Part shown: positions 40,327 through 53,639 of the stretch, piece after piece | Position numbering within the stretch: the stretch's first letter is position 1 | How the letters are laid out: each line of letters starts with the position of its first letter | Origin: the human T2T-CHM13v2.0 reference genome, Homo sapiens | Strand: one strand, 5' to 3' | DNA: 64,000 nucleotides | Assembly (NCBI RefSeq): GCF_009914755.1 | Contig: NC_060930.1 | Position numbers and translations under genes: made by a program | Notes under the pieces: model-generated | What the model was told of the DNA's origin: nothing | What the model saw: only the letters and a program-made list of their open reading frames with translations | Databases searched by the model: none

Positions 40327-40893
40327 ATTATAAAATCACAGCATCAGGATAACCCAGGATGCCTCATTAACCTGTGAATAAAGAGACAGGGTCAGGCTAA
40401 CAATAAAAGCCCAGATTGTACGGGAGTTGAAGACATCTTGGCCCTCTGCAAGATGACTCTCTCACACAGACTTGGAAACAGTTTGAGCCAACTAGCTATG
40501 GAGCCATAACTCCTATCTGCACTGGCACAATTCCCCAGATTCCAGAGCAGAAGGCTGCCTGGCTGGACGTGAGAGTGGAGACCTCCCTTGCCTCCCTCAT
40601 CTCTCTGGGTCAGGCACTATCAGAGGAAACCAAGGCTGTACACTTGTGCCTGGATGGCCTCTCAAGTGTTGGTGCCATTGGAGAAGCAGAAGCACACATT
40701 TTACAGAGTTTGGAGGAACAGGGACTACAGAGCCCCCGTATTGAGCTTAGAACTAAATTGATATTTATCAAAAGGCTTCCCTTAGGGGCTGGAGTACATT
40801 TTAAAATCCCTTTTTTCTATGCAGTTTAAAATATAACGCAGTCCCTTAAATGCCCTCCGTTATTCCTCACTATGTATGCCACTGCGGGTCTGC

Positions 40894-41782
40894 GGTGTGC
40901 AGTCAGCCCTCCTGTGATGGAAGGTGATGGGAACACCAGGTACACGGGGTCAGGTGTGCAGTCAGCCCTCCTGTGATGGAAGGTGGTGGGAACACCAGGT
41001 ACACGGGGTCAGGTGTGCACTCAGCCCTCCTGTGATGGAAGGTGGTGGGAACACCAGGTACACGGGGTCTGGGGTGTGCAGTCAGCTCTCTTGTGATGGA
41101 GTGTGGTGGGAACACCAGGTGCACAGGGTCTGGGGTGTGCACTCAGCCCTCCTGTGATGGAAGGTGGTGGGAACACCAGGTACACGGGGTCAGGTGTCCC
41201 ATCAGCCCTCCTGTGATGGAAGGTGGTGGGAACACCAGGTACACGGGGTCAGGTGTGCCGTCAGCCCTCCTGTGATGGAAGGTGGTGGGAACACCAGGTA
41301 CACGGGGTCAGGTGTGCAGTCAGCCCTCCTGTGATGGAAGGTGGTGGGAACACCAGGTACACGGGGTCAGGTGTCCCATCAGCCCTCCTGTGATGGAAGG
41401 TGGTGGGAACACCAGGTACACGGGGTCAGGTGTGCCATCAGCCCTCCTGTGATGGAAGGTGGTGGGAACACCAGGTACACGGGGTCAGGTGTGCAGTCAG
41501 CCCTCCTGTGATGGAAGGTGGTGGGAACACCAGGTACACGGGGTCAGGTGTGCAGTCAGCCCTCCTGTGATGGAAGGTGGTGGGAACACCAGGTACACGG
41601 GGTCAGGTGTGCAGTCAGCTCTCCTGTGATGGAAGGTGGTGGGAACACCAGGTACACGGGGTCTGGGGTGTGCAGTCAGCCCTCCTGTGATGGAAGGTGG
41701 TGGGAACACCAGGTGCACGGGGTCAGGTGTGCAGTCAGCCCTCCTGTGGTGGATGGGGGATGGTGGGAACACCCAAGGTGCA
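40894..41782. repeat. 59-bp G-rich VNTR, ~15 copies
   Basis: GGTGTGCAGTCAGCCCTCCTGTGATGGAAGGTGGTGGGAACACCAGGTACACGGGGTCA repeated; some 61-bp variants (tctgggg). Confidence 0.98.
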
Positions 41783-42671
41783 GACTGCCTCGTGTGGTTC
41801 CTGAAGTCATGTCTTTTCCTCCCAGTCCCCGATTCTTGGCTGTGTGTACTGTCAAGGAGGCAGTGCCTTCTGCTAGCCAAGGGGTCTGGAGTGCATGTTC
41901 CTCCTGCTCACTCAGTCGTCCCTCAGCTCTTGTAGCTCTGCACCCCACGGTCTCCATCTGACACCTTGTCCCTTAGAGAAACCCTGCACCATGCTGTGTG
42001 CCGGCTGGCCTCCCTGTGGGTCAGATTCATGGCCCTGGGGACCAGAGGAGTGGGCCTCCCGCCAGTAGCACTAAGGCCACGTGGACGCACAGAGGCTCCT
42101 AAGCGATGCCTGAGGCTCCTCCCGCTGGCTGAGACATGCCGCCCTGTGACCTAGGCCGGGAAGGCCAAGACACCCCAGCAGCCCAGGCACCGCCCACCAG
42201 TTCCTCGCTTTCCTTCGGCTCACAGGCATGTCCATCCTCTCCAGGAACACACCTGAGCTCTGTGCCCGGCGGTCTCACTCTTCCTCCTCCCATTCATTGT
42301 GACAAAAGTGTAAAGATCTGTATTCCAGGCGCAGTAGTACGTGCTGTGGCCATGGTTTCCCCCACGATTTTGAGAAAGTTACTGTTGTTTTCTTCATTAT
42401 GCAGAAGAAGCTGAGATTCAGAGAAGTGAAGTGGGCTGCTTAAGACCTCAGACGTAGGGACTGATGGGACTGGACACAGCATGCTGTTCACCACGACTGT
42501 CCTGCACCCTTCAGACCTCAGGAGAACCCAAGGAGGCAGGTGCGGCTCTTAAGCACGTGCTGCTGACAGGGACACCGAGCCACAGAGGAACAAAGTCACC
42601 CACGGGACAGCAACAGACTGGGAGGCATCGGGTGAACCCAGCAGGGCAGCTCCTGAATCTGCCCCTAAACT

Positions 42672-42881
42672 AGGGGCTGGCGCCTGTGGTCATTGCCGCC
42701 CACCCCACAAACGTTTCTGTCAATAGTTTTACTGGCACACAGCCACAGGCATTCACTCCACATAGACATTGTCTGTAGCTGCTTGCGAAGCTGTAGCCGC
42801 TGAGTTGAATAATTGCAAGCAAGACCGCAAAGCCTAAAATACATATTTTGGTCCTTTAAAGGAAAAGTGTGCTGACCCCTG
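42672..42881 (+). mobile_element. MER58A hAT-Charlie MITE
   Basis: gttttactggcacacagccac...cgcaaagcctaaaatacatattttggtcctttaaaggaaaagtgtgctgacccctg. Confidence 0.85.
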
Positions 42882-43539
42882 GTCCAAAGCACCAGACTGT
42901 ACTGCTCCCGATATGCAGCAGGCCTTGACTGAGGACAGAGTATTTTTATCTACACTGTGGAAGGATATCTGAGGTCCTCTTGAAAAGCTCAATGTCCTAC
43001 TGAGCATGGGCAGCAACACCTTCACTGAGGGGTGAGAGCTGGAGTGGTGACTGAACCTCTGGGGTGACGGCAGAGGCTGTCTGAGCTGTATATCCAGATG
43101 CACAGTTTTAACACCTGCAAGAATGCAATCTGCATCACAGCTGCCCAGGCCTGGGTCCTGCTGCACTTCCACTTCCACGAGAGACATGCAGGGACCAGCT
43201 GGGGCTGGACAAGGGGAGATGGGTGGATGACAGACAGTGCTCTCCACTGACAGTCCTCTACCCCTGACCACCTAGACCCACTGACTGGCAGTTATCACTC
43301 CTGCTTTTATTTCTTTTGGGATAAGTTCTTTCCCAGGAGGCTCCTAGATTCTTTTTCAAACAAGATTTTAGCAGGCGCCTCCCATCAATCTTTCAGATAC
43401 ATTTGGATGTGTATGAGCCCAGCTGAGGCTTGAGTGAAGACGGCCACTACCCTGCACGTCCTAGCACCAGAGACTTATGTCAGAGCTCCTTGAAGATTCC
43501 TAGCACCCAGAGTGCTCCTAAACTAACGGTATTCCGTGG

Positions 43540-44600
43540 TTTCTAACAGAAGCAAATGCAAATCCTCTCTGAAGAAGAGCATTTCTTTGGCCCATTTTGT
43601 ATGTCTGTGTAGCAGGGCGAACCACAAAGAAGCTCACGATTAAAAATTACCAGAAAAACCTGAAACAGTGGCACCAGGAATGAGAGTCACAGAAAGCAAA
43701 CCAAAAATGAGCCCAAGGAAAGAGAATATTAAAAATAACCAGACATAATTAGAATAGGTAACTTTTAGAAATAAAAAAAAAATCAGTGAATTAAAAACTC
43801 AATAGTTGTTAAAATGAATGATGAGAGAAGTAAAATAGAAGATTTCTCTGAAGAAATTACACAGAGATACCCAGAAATATAATGAGATGGTAAATATAAA
43901 AGAGGTTAAGATATATAAAAAGTCAATTGAAAAACTCTAGCTTAAGTTTAAGCTGTGCCACAGATGAAAGAGTAAAGGGAATGGCATGAAAGCCATATTA
44001 TGGAAGAACTAATACTAAGAAAATAAAAAAATCCACACTTACGCATATTCTAATAAAACTTCAGAACAGCAAAAACAGAGAAGATCTTAAATGCAGCTAC
44101 AGAGACATGAGAAACATCTCTAATGAAATAATTCAACTGCCCGAAGATTAGTGAACAGAAACAATGAGAATTAGGAGACAGAAGAATAACCTTTTCCAAG
44201 CACTGTAAGAAAAGAAGTACCAACTGAAGATGGTGTACCTAGCAAAATTAGCTTCAAGAATTATAGCAATATAAAGACATTTTAGATAACAAAAAACTGA
44301 GTCACCTATAGGGAGAACATTATTATTAAATATAGTGCTAAATGATTATTTTGAAGGATTTCAGTAAGGAGAAAATAATCCTACAAACAAGTAAGAGAAA
44401 AGAGAGTGATAATTATGTGACTAAATGTAAACAACCATAATGATATAAATAATAATAAAATAATATATCTTGGGATTTTAAAAGATATGCAACTAAAATA
44501 CAAGGAAACAATTGCAAATAAATTGGAAGAATGGTTAGTGAAATGAAAATTTCCTAATGCCAAATTCTAGTCTTCCTCTTGAAAAGGTTTAAGTTATAGA
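43540..44600 (+). mobile_element. old L1M ORF1-region fragment
   Basis: A-rich; aaacttcagaacagcaaaaacagagaagatcttaaatgcagctacagaga is ORF1-like. Confidence 0.65.
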
Positions 44601-44604
44601 TTTC

Positions 44605-46140
44605 TTTTCTTGTATTTTCTTTGGTGGTTTTGGTATCAGGATAATTCTGAGCTTATAAAATAAGTTGAAAAGTTTTCCCCTCTTTATTTTCTGGAAGAGG
44701 TTGTATAAAATTGCTGTTAGCTCTTCTTTAAATGTCTGTTAGAATCCTCCAGTGAAATCATGTGGGCCTGAAAATCTCTTTTTGGGAGATTTTTAGTTAG
44801 GCTTCGATGTCTTTAATGTTTATAAAACTCTTCCAATTATCTATTTCATCTTGGTTGAGATTTTTCAGTTTGTGATTTTCAAGGAATTGGTTTATTTCTT
44901 CCAAGTGTCAAATTTATGAACATAAATTGGTTGTTGCAGTCCTTTATTTTATTTAGATCATGGTAGGATCTGTAGTGATATCACTTATTTCACTCCTGAT
45001 ATTTCTGGTTTGTATCTTCTCTTTTTTCTTTTGTCAGTATTGCTAGAGTCTATTAACTTTGTTGATTTTTTTTTGAAGAAACAGCTTTAGGTTTTGTTAA
45101 TTTTTTCTATTAAATTTCTATTTCAGTTTCACAGATTTTGCTCCCTATTATTTCCTTCTATCTACTTGATTTTAGTTTATTTTGTTCTACTTTTCTACTT
45201 TTTTGAGGCACTCACTTAGATAATTGATTTGAGACCGTTACTGTTTTGTAGTATAAGCAATTCATGTTATAGATTTCCCTCTTAGCACTGCTTTAGCTGC
45301 TGCACATATTTTGAAATGCTGTGTTTTCATTTTCATTCTATTCTATGTGTTTTTTAAACTTTTGGAGACTTTTTCTTGACACATGGATTATTTAAAAGTC
45401 TGTTGCTTAATTTCCTTATGTTTAAATATTTTCCTGTTGATTTTTAGTGATTGATTTCTAGTTCGCTTTCATTATGTCAGATAATAGACTATATGACTAC
45501 AATTTTTAAATGTATTGAAGTTTGTTTTATGTCTCAGGATGTGGTCTATCTTAGTGAATGTTCCGTGGACACCTGTAAGCATGTATATCCTGCTGTTGTC
45601 ATATGCAATGTATTGCTTATGTCAATTAGATACTGTTAATTGACTGTGTTATTCAGATCCTATATATCCTGGCTGTTTTTCTGCTTATTTTTCAGTTGCT
45701 GAGAGAGAGGTATTAAAATCTACAACCATAATGTTTGATTGGTCTATTTCTCCTTTCAGTTGTTGATTCATGTATTTTAAGGTGCTGTTGTTTGGTGCAC
45801 ATACATTTAGAATTATTATAACTTCCTGGTAGATTTATCTTCTTATCATTTTTGTACTGTCCCTCTTTGTCTCTAGTAATTTCCTTTGCTCTGAAGTCGA
45901 CTTTATTAGATATTAATAGAGTCACTTCTGATTTTTAGATTAATGCTGCATGGTCTGTCTTTGTTCATCCTCCTCCTTTCAAACGAGCCATATAATTGAA
46001 TGTGAAGTGAGTTTCTAATAAGGTGCATATAGGTGAGTGGTATTTTCTTTATTTACTCTGCCAATCTGTGTATTTTGATTGATGTATTTAGGCCATTTTC
46101 ATTTTATATAATTATTGATATATTAGGGCTTATCTCTGTT
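44605..46140 (-). mobile_element. old L1M ORF2 (endonuclease region) fragment
   Basis: peptide LLISNKVDFRAKEITRDKEGQY (45713..45925) matches the L1 ORF2p endonuclease; ttttggtatcaggataattctg...ataaaataagttg. Confidence 0.88.
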
Positions 46141-47149
46141 TCTGCGAGCAACAATTTTCTTTCTACTTTTCTTTCATCTGAGTATGTCTTTATTTGGAGT
46201 TGAAAGTTCTTTTCATTCAGCAGTTAAATGGTATGGGAAAAACAAGAAAAAAATATTGGGCTGCTTCTTTCTGGCTTTCATTATTTCAGATGATAAATCC
46301 TTTATATTTTAACTGCTGTTCACCTATAGGTAATGGGTTTCTTTCTGGCCAATTTCAAGATGTTTTTTCTTTGTTTTCATTACCTACAGGTGTGTGTTGC
46401 GCTGTGGGATTCAGCTCGAATCATCCTTCCCCCGTTAGTTGTGCACACATTAACTCAGCTAATCTGTGCAATGAGAAAAGCATGTCTAAATACGACTAAA
46501 GTTTTCAAAACCACCACGGCATGGAAAGTCAGTGATCCACAGATTAGAACAACATTCCATTGTAAAGCATCTCTAAGGAAAAGCATCCAAGATAAAAAGA
46601 TAACAGCCTGAGAAAATGTTTGTAATAATGATGTTTATCACTTGCACATCTACCTGGGCTTGGTTCTGCCATTGGTTGAGGGTCTGGAAATGATGCCTCT
46701 GGGTCTCCTTCTTGTATGGGTAGGGGTATATCAGATGCCCTGCCACTGTGCTCATGTTTTCCTCTTTTTTAGTCCTTAGGTACCAAACCATTTCACCTTT
46801 ATCCAGCCACCATTCAGAGTTCTCCTTTGGTTGTTTCTTGCAGTATTTTCAGAGTTTCTAGTCATAGTTATTGGTGTGAGCAGGAAGAAACAGGTCTATA
46901 TCAGCTTGAACAGGTCAGAAATTCTGCTAAAGCTATAGTCTCACAGAATGTCAGGTTTTATTTTAGCAAAACAAAAAATAGTGTATAAATCCTAATTGAG
47001 TATACTGAAGGGAAAGAAGAAGAATTAAGAATAAAAATAATATCAAAGATTTATGTAGAGCTGACGTTGTGCTGGGCATACACACTTACACATATGCATA
47101 TGTGCTCTGTGACTGTAGGAATCTAGGTTCTGTCTTGCTGAGTATTCCT

Positions 47150-47720
47150 AAATTAATATATTGAGACTTAACCTCTTTCTTGAACTTCAGGCTTGTATCA
47201 GCTTGCTTCATTAAAGTCTCTATTTTGCTACGTGAACACCTCAAACTCAACATGTCCAAACCACTTTCCATCTTCCCTGCACACTAGTTCCTCCTGCAGA
47301 TCCCTCACATTTGTTAGTGATGACTTCTCCCTTCCAGCCACTCCAGTCAGAGATCCTGGAGTCGCCTTTTGATGCCTCTCCTTATCTCATTACTCAGATC
47401 CAATCATTGGCAAGTCCAGTTGGTGCTACCGTCAGAGCATATCAAGAATCTAACCTCTCCTTTGCATTATTCCAGCTAGCCATCTTCTTAGGCTGTTGTC
47501 CCTCTCATTTGATGATGGTAGCAGCCTCCTAATATGATCCTGCTTCACCGGTTTCTCTCTTCTGCCCTTTTCAACACATCAGCCAGAAGGACCTTGTTAA
47601 GTCTGAGTCGGATGCAGTCCCTCTCCTGACTGTGTCTCCTACGGCTTCCCACTCCATCAGGGTGAAATCTCTTGCAGGGTTTTCAAGATCTCGTGTAATA
47701 CATCCCACAACCTCTCCTTC
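47150..47720 (+). mobile_element. L2 LINE fragment (continues ~48130-48290 and ~48770-48870)
   Basis: cacctcaaactcaacatgtccaaacc is an L2 hallmark. Confidence 0.8.
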
Positions 47721-47729
47721 TCTATCTAA

Positions 47730-48130
47730 TGCTGGCCGTGTCCTGTCCGCCAGTCTCAGAGAGCTCTCCGTTCTTCCCCACTGCTACGTGCCAGGAGGCT
47801 GAACCTCATGACCTTTAGGTGCAGGCTCCTTGCTTTCTGTTTTCAGCTGGGTTTAGAACTGGAAACACCAGGAGGAAGTCAGGATGTGGGAGAAGGGTGA
47901 AGCTGGGGAAGTCTCTCTTTCTCCCTTCTCCTCGGCCAGGTGTTGGCAAGGGTTGCTCTTCTTTGTGTCCACAGATCCTGTCCAGTGGGCTCCCTACAGC
48001 CCAGGCAGGCTCTTGCGGGGCTCCATGGTTATACCTCGCCTTGCTTCAGGCCAAGGGTTTGGAATGGTTTGCTTAACTGATCACACCTCCATACTTCTCT
48101 TTTGAATGTGCCATCTGCTTCCTGCTAGGG
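47730..48130. mobile_element. ERVL LTR (LTR33-like) fragment nested in L2
   Basis: gccaggaggctgaacc...ggctccttgctttctgttttcagctgggttt...caccaggaggaagtcagga. Confidence 0.45.
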
Positions 48131-48291
48131 CACTTATTTTCTTGCTATGCACCTGCCTGTTGTTGTTTTCGTGGCCTGGCCAGGTGGTCCTCCTTCCTAT
48201 CACTTTAACAACAAGCATGAATTTGAAGTTGCCATCATTTCTACCTAGAATGTGCTTCCAGATATCCATGTGCATCACTCTCCAGGCTTCC

Positions 48292-48765
48292 TAAACAGAA
48301 GGATCGAGTGTTGTGGGTAGTGACTAACTGGGGGCAGTGGTGCATACAGTAAAGGGATTTACAAAGGCAGTTTACCTTTACCTACAAGGTAAAGGAAGGT
48401 GGATTTGTTAAAGAAAGTATGAAAATATGTTGCAAGGATGCAATGGGTAGATCAGCAAGAAAGGAGCTGAGTTCCAGGAGACAAAAGCTTGCTGGGTATT
48501 TTACAGGATGGTGCTTGTGCTGGAGAGGAATACGTGCAGTACTGGTAACACTAAGATTGCAGTGAGCGAACCTGCATTTTTCTGTCAGCTGAGGTGTCTG
48601 CTGGTAAGTCAGGCATAGGGAGATTGTGTGTTAGATGGGCTATTTGCGCAGGAGGGCTGTGTGTCCTGGACCATGAAGAAAGGCAGACTTGTAGTTTATC
48701 TGCTTTGTCTTTTTGCTTTCCCTGCTCCCCCTAGCCTGGCTCCTTTTCCTAATCAGGACCCCACA
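48292..48765 (-). mobile_element. solo LTR (LTR47-like)
   Basis: minus strand starts tgtggggtcctgattaggaaaaggagccaggctagg...aagtctgcctttcttcatggtccaggacacacagccctcctgcgcaaata. Confidence 0.7.
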
Positions 48766-49019
48766 CCAGATCACACCCTCACTCCCAAGTCTGGTCATTT
48801 TCTTTAAAGTTAGAATATATCCACTTCCCACCGCAATGCTCTGGGTTCCCTTTATCCTGGCTTACGTCACATAGAAAAGCGTAATTTATAACTTAACAAA
48901 AGTGAGTAGCTAAAGAAGAAAGCAGATCATACATGACACCATAAACTGTAAACAATAAAAGCTGAATTGGTAAAGATCTTCTAACTGGAAAGCCCCATAC
49001 CGAGATGGTGTTATATGCA

Positions 49020-49160
49020 TCGTTTCTATAAATGCTCATGGTATTTTTATAAGGTGGACACTATTATTTCATCTTAGAAATCAGCAAAGAGAGGCTTTGA
49101 GAAAGGAACTAAATTGCCCAAGATCAAACAGCCAGTAATGTCAGGGCAGGGATTAGAAAA
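49020..49160 (-). mobile_element. MIR fragment
   Basis: aactaaattgcccaagatcaaacagccagtaatgtcagggcagggatt. Confidence 0.65.
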
Positions 49161-51019
49161 ATTTAACAATTATAAAATTTCATGAAACATGAAAATAAGG
49201 AATACATCCCTTCAAAGCAGCTATGAGATGTATGTATTAGAGCAAAGGAGCAGTGAAAGTTACTGCATATTTCTTGGCACTTAGTCCATGGATTGCTTTC
49301 AGTGTTATGATTCCTCTGAGTCACAGAACCTGACAATTGTGAGCACTGTTACTGCCCTAATTCCTGCAGCCTCAGCTGTGAAACTTTCAGTATTTTTCTT
49401 TTGTTTGTTGAGCCAGTTATTAAAAAAATGAACTACAACAGCTAATTCTTTCTGTTTATCTAAATGCTTGTCAAAATGCCTAAGCAGTGATTTGCCAGGT
49501 TTGGGAGTTATACGTGCTTATACATTTCAAATAAACTGTGGCAGCGGCCTTAGCTTTTGTGGCTCCAGCAGGCGTAAGTGAGTGTGTGTGCTTTCTCTCT
49601 CCGCATCTGCTGCTTGACATCTTTAATTTATTATTCCTGTTATATAACTTTGTTTTGGCGCTTGAACTTCCATTCCCATGACTTTATGTTGAAAAACAGT
49701 TTTAAATCTAGGATTTGCATTTCACCACAGTGATAGAGCCTGGTTATTTATTGTTATTTGCAATATGGCATATAATATGGCAATAATCTATGTCTAGTCA
49801 ACAGTCAGGAATAACAAAAGATTCATGGCATATTAAAACAAGATTGATGTCCCTCTGCCGAGGGAGGTTATTGCTGGCCTAAGCACAAATGGCCAGAGTG
49901 AGTTGCACAGGCTGTGCAGCCCTGGAGGCCGTGGCTCTGGCCTCTCAGCCTTGCTCACACCCAGACCCCTGCACCCTTCTGTGAAGAACCCCTGTGATTT
50001 CAATCCTGCAGTGTGAAGTTGCCACGACTGAGCCAGCATCTCTATCCAAGTCTCCTGGGTGATAGAACGCATATGTAGGCCAAACTCTGCAGCACTGATG
50101 CAGCTGGTGATGACTAAACATGGCAGATTTACCTAGTCAGTGACTTTATGCAGGAAGAAACCGAATGCATGTGCGCATCTTGAGATGCGTGGGCCTTCTG
50201 TCCTGTGTGCAGCTGCGTGTGCTCCCCCACTGGCCCGGCCTGCGCGCTTTTCTGCCCCGGCACTCGCCAGCTGCCCAGTCCAGCTCAAGCCGGGATTTTC
50301 CACGGCTGCCTCTGAACGGTCTCCAAGCCGCAGCTTCCTCTCCTCCTTCTGAGCTCCAAGTACCATTGCTATAAGGGGACAGGAGCAGGGTGGGAGATTG
50401 TCCTGAGTCTTGACTCTGACTGTGCTGTGTGCAGGGTTATCACCTTTCCACATCCCACTTTCTTCGTCTTTACAGTGGGGAGAGCAACTTTTACCTTTCC
50501 CATCCCGAAGCAGGGCTGTGGTGGTAGGAAGATCAAAGAAATTGCTTTAGCTTTTAAAAATAGACAAGAAGCCAACAGTTCTTGGGTGGACGTGTCAGAC
50601 CTGTTCCCGACAGGACAGATGGCAGCACAGCCAGACCCGCTCAGTGTCCCAAGAGCAGCCCCGGCAAAGCAAGGCGGGAGCCGCCCCTCACCAGCCCAGC
50701 TGTGCTCACACACCCCCTCTGCAATGTCGGATGGTTCACAACAGGATTTATCGTTTTCTTTAAAGTCGCCTTGTGGAAACTCTTGTATCCCTTACTCTCT
50801 TGTGCTGTTATTGAAGGTTTAATGGGTTCGTTTTGACTCCTCAGATAGACTGTGCTTGATATTTCTTGCAAGCTCAACACGATGGCTGGAACATGTAAGT
50901 GTGTGAGTTAAAAACAGTTTGGGCTGCTTTTTAATTAGAACTATTAAAAAAGAATTTTGGTTGCTTTTTAATTGGAGCAATGAAAAATCAAACGATCACC
51001 TGCTCAAATCAGAAAATTC

Positions 51020-53630
51020 TTAGTTTTCCAACTTAGTTTATAATTTCCTTCCTTATATCTTTGGGTTTAATTTGCAGTTCTTTTCCTAGTTTCGGGGGGC
51101 AGAAGCTCTGAGCCTTTACTCCAAAACTCTTCCTATTAAATATATGCAACTGAAGCTATACAATTTTCTCTAAGCACTGCTCTAGCTTCGTCCCTCATGT
51201 TTTGATACGACACTTTTTATTATTTTTCAATTCAAAACATTTTCAACATCCATCGTGCTCCTATGCGTAACAGCGTGGAAGTGTTTTGTGTGATTATTTC
51301 AGTCATCTTTCTGTTGTGTTACAGTGTGATTGTGTTGTGCAGGAAAACATAATTTGTGTGATTTTACTTATCTTTTTATTTTTAATTTGTTGAGATGTGT
51401 TTTATGGTCCAGTCTGTTTTGGTAAATGTTCCTTGTTCCCTTGATAAAGAGTTTACACTGCAGTTGTTGGGTGCAGTGTTCTGTATACACCAGTTAGGAA
51501 CATTTAGTTGTGTCCCTAAAGGCTATTTTTATACTTTTTTTTTTTTTTGGTTTGTTTATTCTCTCAGCTTCTGAAACAGGTGTTAAAATCCTCAACTATG
51601 CTTTTGGATATTTCTCTTCTTCTGCTTAGTTAAGTCTTTTTTTTTTCTATACATGTGTAGCAATGTTATTAGGCACGTACACACAATTATGAGTTTTGTA
51701 TCTTCCTGTTTTTATGAAATGTAGCTTTTATCTTTAGGAATATTTTTGCCTTAATTAAACTCAACTGTCTCGTAGTGCTATAGCTACCTCAGCTGCCTCT
51801 TAAACACAATGTGTCCATGACTCCCACTCTATAGACATTTATCTTCAGCCTGCCTGTATGATTTTATCTAAAATGTGCCTCCTGCAAATTTCATATTGTT
51901 GGGTTCTCGGTTTTTCATACAGACCATCTTTGTCTTCTGATTAGATTGTTCAGTTTTATACATTTAATTACTAAAATAATTGTGTTTAAGTAAGTCTACC
52001 ATCCTACTATTCTATTTCTCTTGTCTGTTTTTATTTCTTTGTTCCATTTTTCTTAATTCCTTTCAGATAAATCAAGTATTTTCATGTGCTGATTTTTCTT
52101 TTTCATTATATTTTAGTACATTATTTTATTATTCTCTTAGCAGCTACCCTAAGCATCTTTGAGTAGCTAATGTTTAAAGTAGTAATTTTAATATTTCTCT
52201 GAAAATACAAGAAGCTTCCAATAGTTAACTCCATTTTGCACTAATATAATATAAAATTTTACTTATGCACACCTTATAAAACTTGCACTACATTTTTACA
52301 GTTGTTGTTTTAAACAGTTTTTCTTATTTTCACAGTTTCTGGAGTGTGCTTCATTCCTTCCTGATGATCTCTGCTTACCTGTAGGATCTTCTGGACTTTT
52401 CTTTCAGCTCAAGAAACTTCTTTTACTGTTTAATGTCATTCTGTGGCAGGAAATTGATCAACTCTTCTCTGACTTGAAATGTCTTTATTTCATCTTATGT
52501 TTAATGAGGTATGATTGCTGTAAAATAAGTTGCATATATTGATGAATACTGATACAGTGACATATTGATTTCCCATGAAAACATGTGTTTCTGTAAGCAA
52601 AAGGCTTCCTCATGTTCCTTGGTGTCCATTCCTCCCTCTGTTCCTGTCCTGAGGCAACTGTCAGTTTGATTTCTGCCACTGTAAAATGGTTTTCATTTTC
52701 CAGAATTTCATGTAAATGGAGTCTTGCAGTGCATGCTCTTTCTTACTTTTAACCTGGCTGCTTTAATTTCACCTGACAATTTTGGGTGCATCGTCCACTC
52801 ATTGCGTCCCCCAGTAGTTTGTTCCTTTTTATGGCTGAGTCGTTGCCCGTTGCATGAGCACAGCACAATTTATCTACCCATTTACCTGCTAATAGACATT
52901 TATATTATTTTCTATATTATTTAATATATATATTTAATATATTATTTAATATATTATTTTTATATTAAAAATAAAAAATGATATGAGCATTTGTATCCAA
53001 AAATTTGGGTCTCAAATGTATTAATTCTAGGAGTAGAATATCTGAGTCATATGGTAGGTGAATGTTTAATGTTTTATAAATTGACCACACTGTTTTCCAA
53101 AACGGTTTACATTCTCAGCCGAAGTGTATAAGAGTTGAAATTGCTCTGCATCCTCACCAGCGTTTGCTATGGTCATACTTTTAAATATTAGATATTCTCA
53201 CACGAGTGCAATGGTATTGCTCTTATGGTTTTAACCTCCTTTTCCCTAAAGACTAGTACTGTTGAGCATCTTTTCCGTTGCTGATTTGCCATTTGTGCAT
53301 CTTTTCTTCTTGTTGTTGTTGTTGTTGAAATATCCATTAAAATATTTGTCCAACTCAGTCCACAAATGTACTGAGTTGTTTGTTTTCTTACCATTGTGTT
53401 ATAAATTATTTATATATTCAGAACAAAAGCTCTTTTTCAGATATTTATTTTGCAAATACTTCCTTTCAGTCTATTAAATAATTTTAATGATGTCTTTTGA
53501 AGAATAAAAGATTATAATTTTCATTTTTTTAAATTTATAATGTATAATTTCTTGTGTCCTCTTTAAGAAAACTTTGCCAAACAGAAGATCACTAATCTTA
53601 TGTCCTATTTTTATTCCATAAATGCTATTA
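51020..53630 (-). mobile_element. old L1M fragments (ORF2 and an L1ME-type 3' end)
   Basis: gctatacaattttctctaagcactgctctagc; ttctaggagtagaatatctgagtcatatggtagg...ccacactgttttccaaa. Confidence 0.75.
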
Positions 53631-53639
53631 ACTAATTAT

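Noticed and set aside
43540-46140. Single L1 with 5' inversion (plus-strand ORF1 next to minus-strand ORF2)
   Set aside because: No TSD is visible and the pieces are too decayed; independent or nested insertions explain it equally well.
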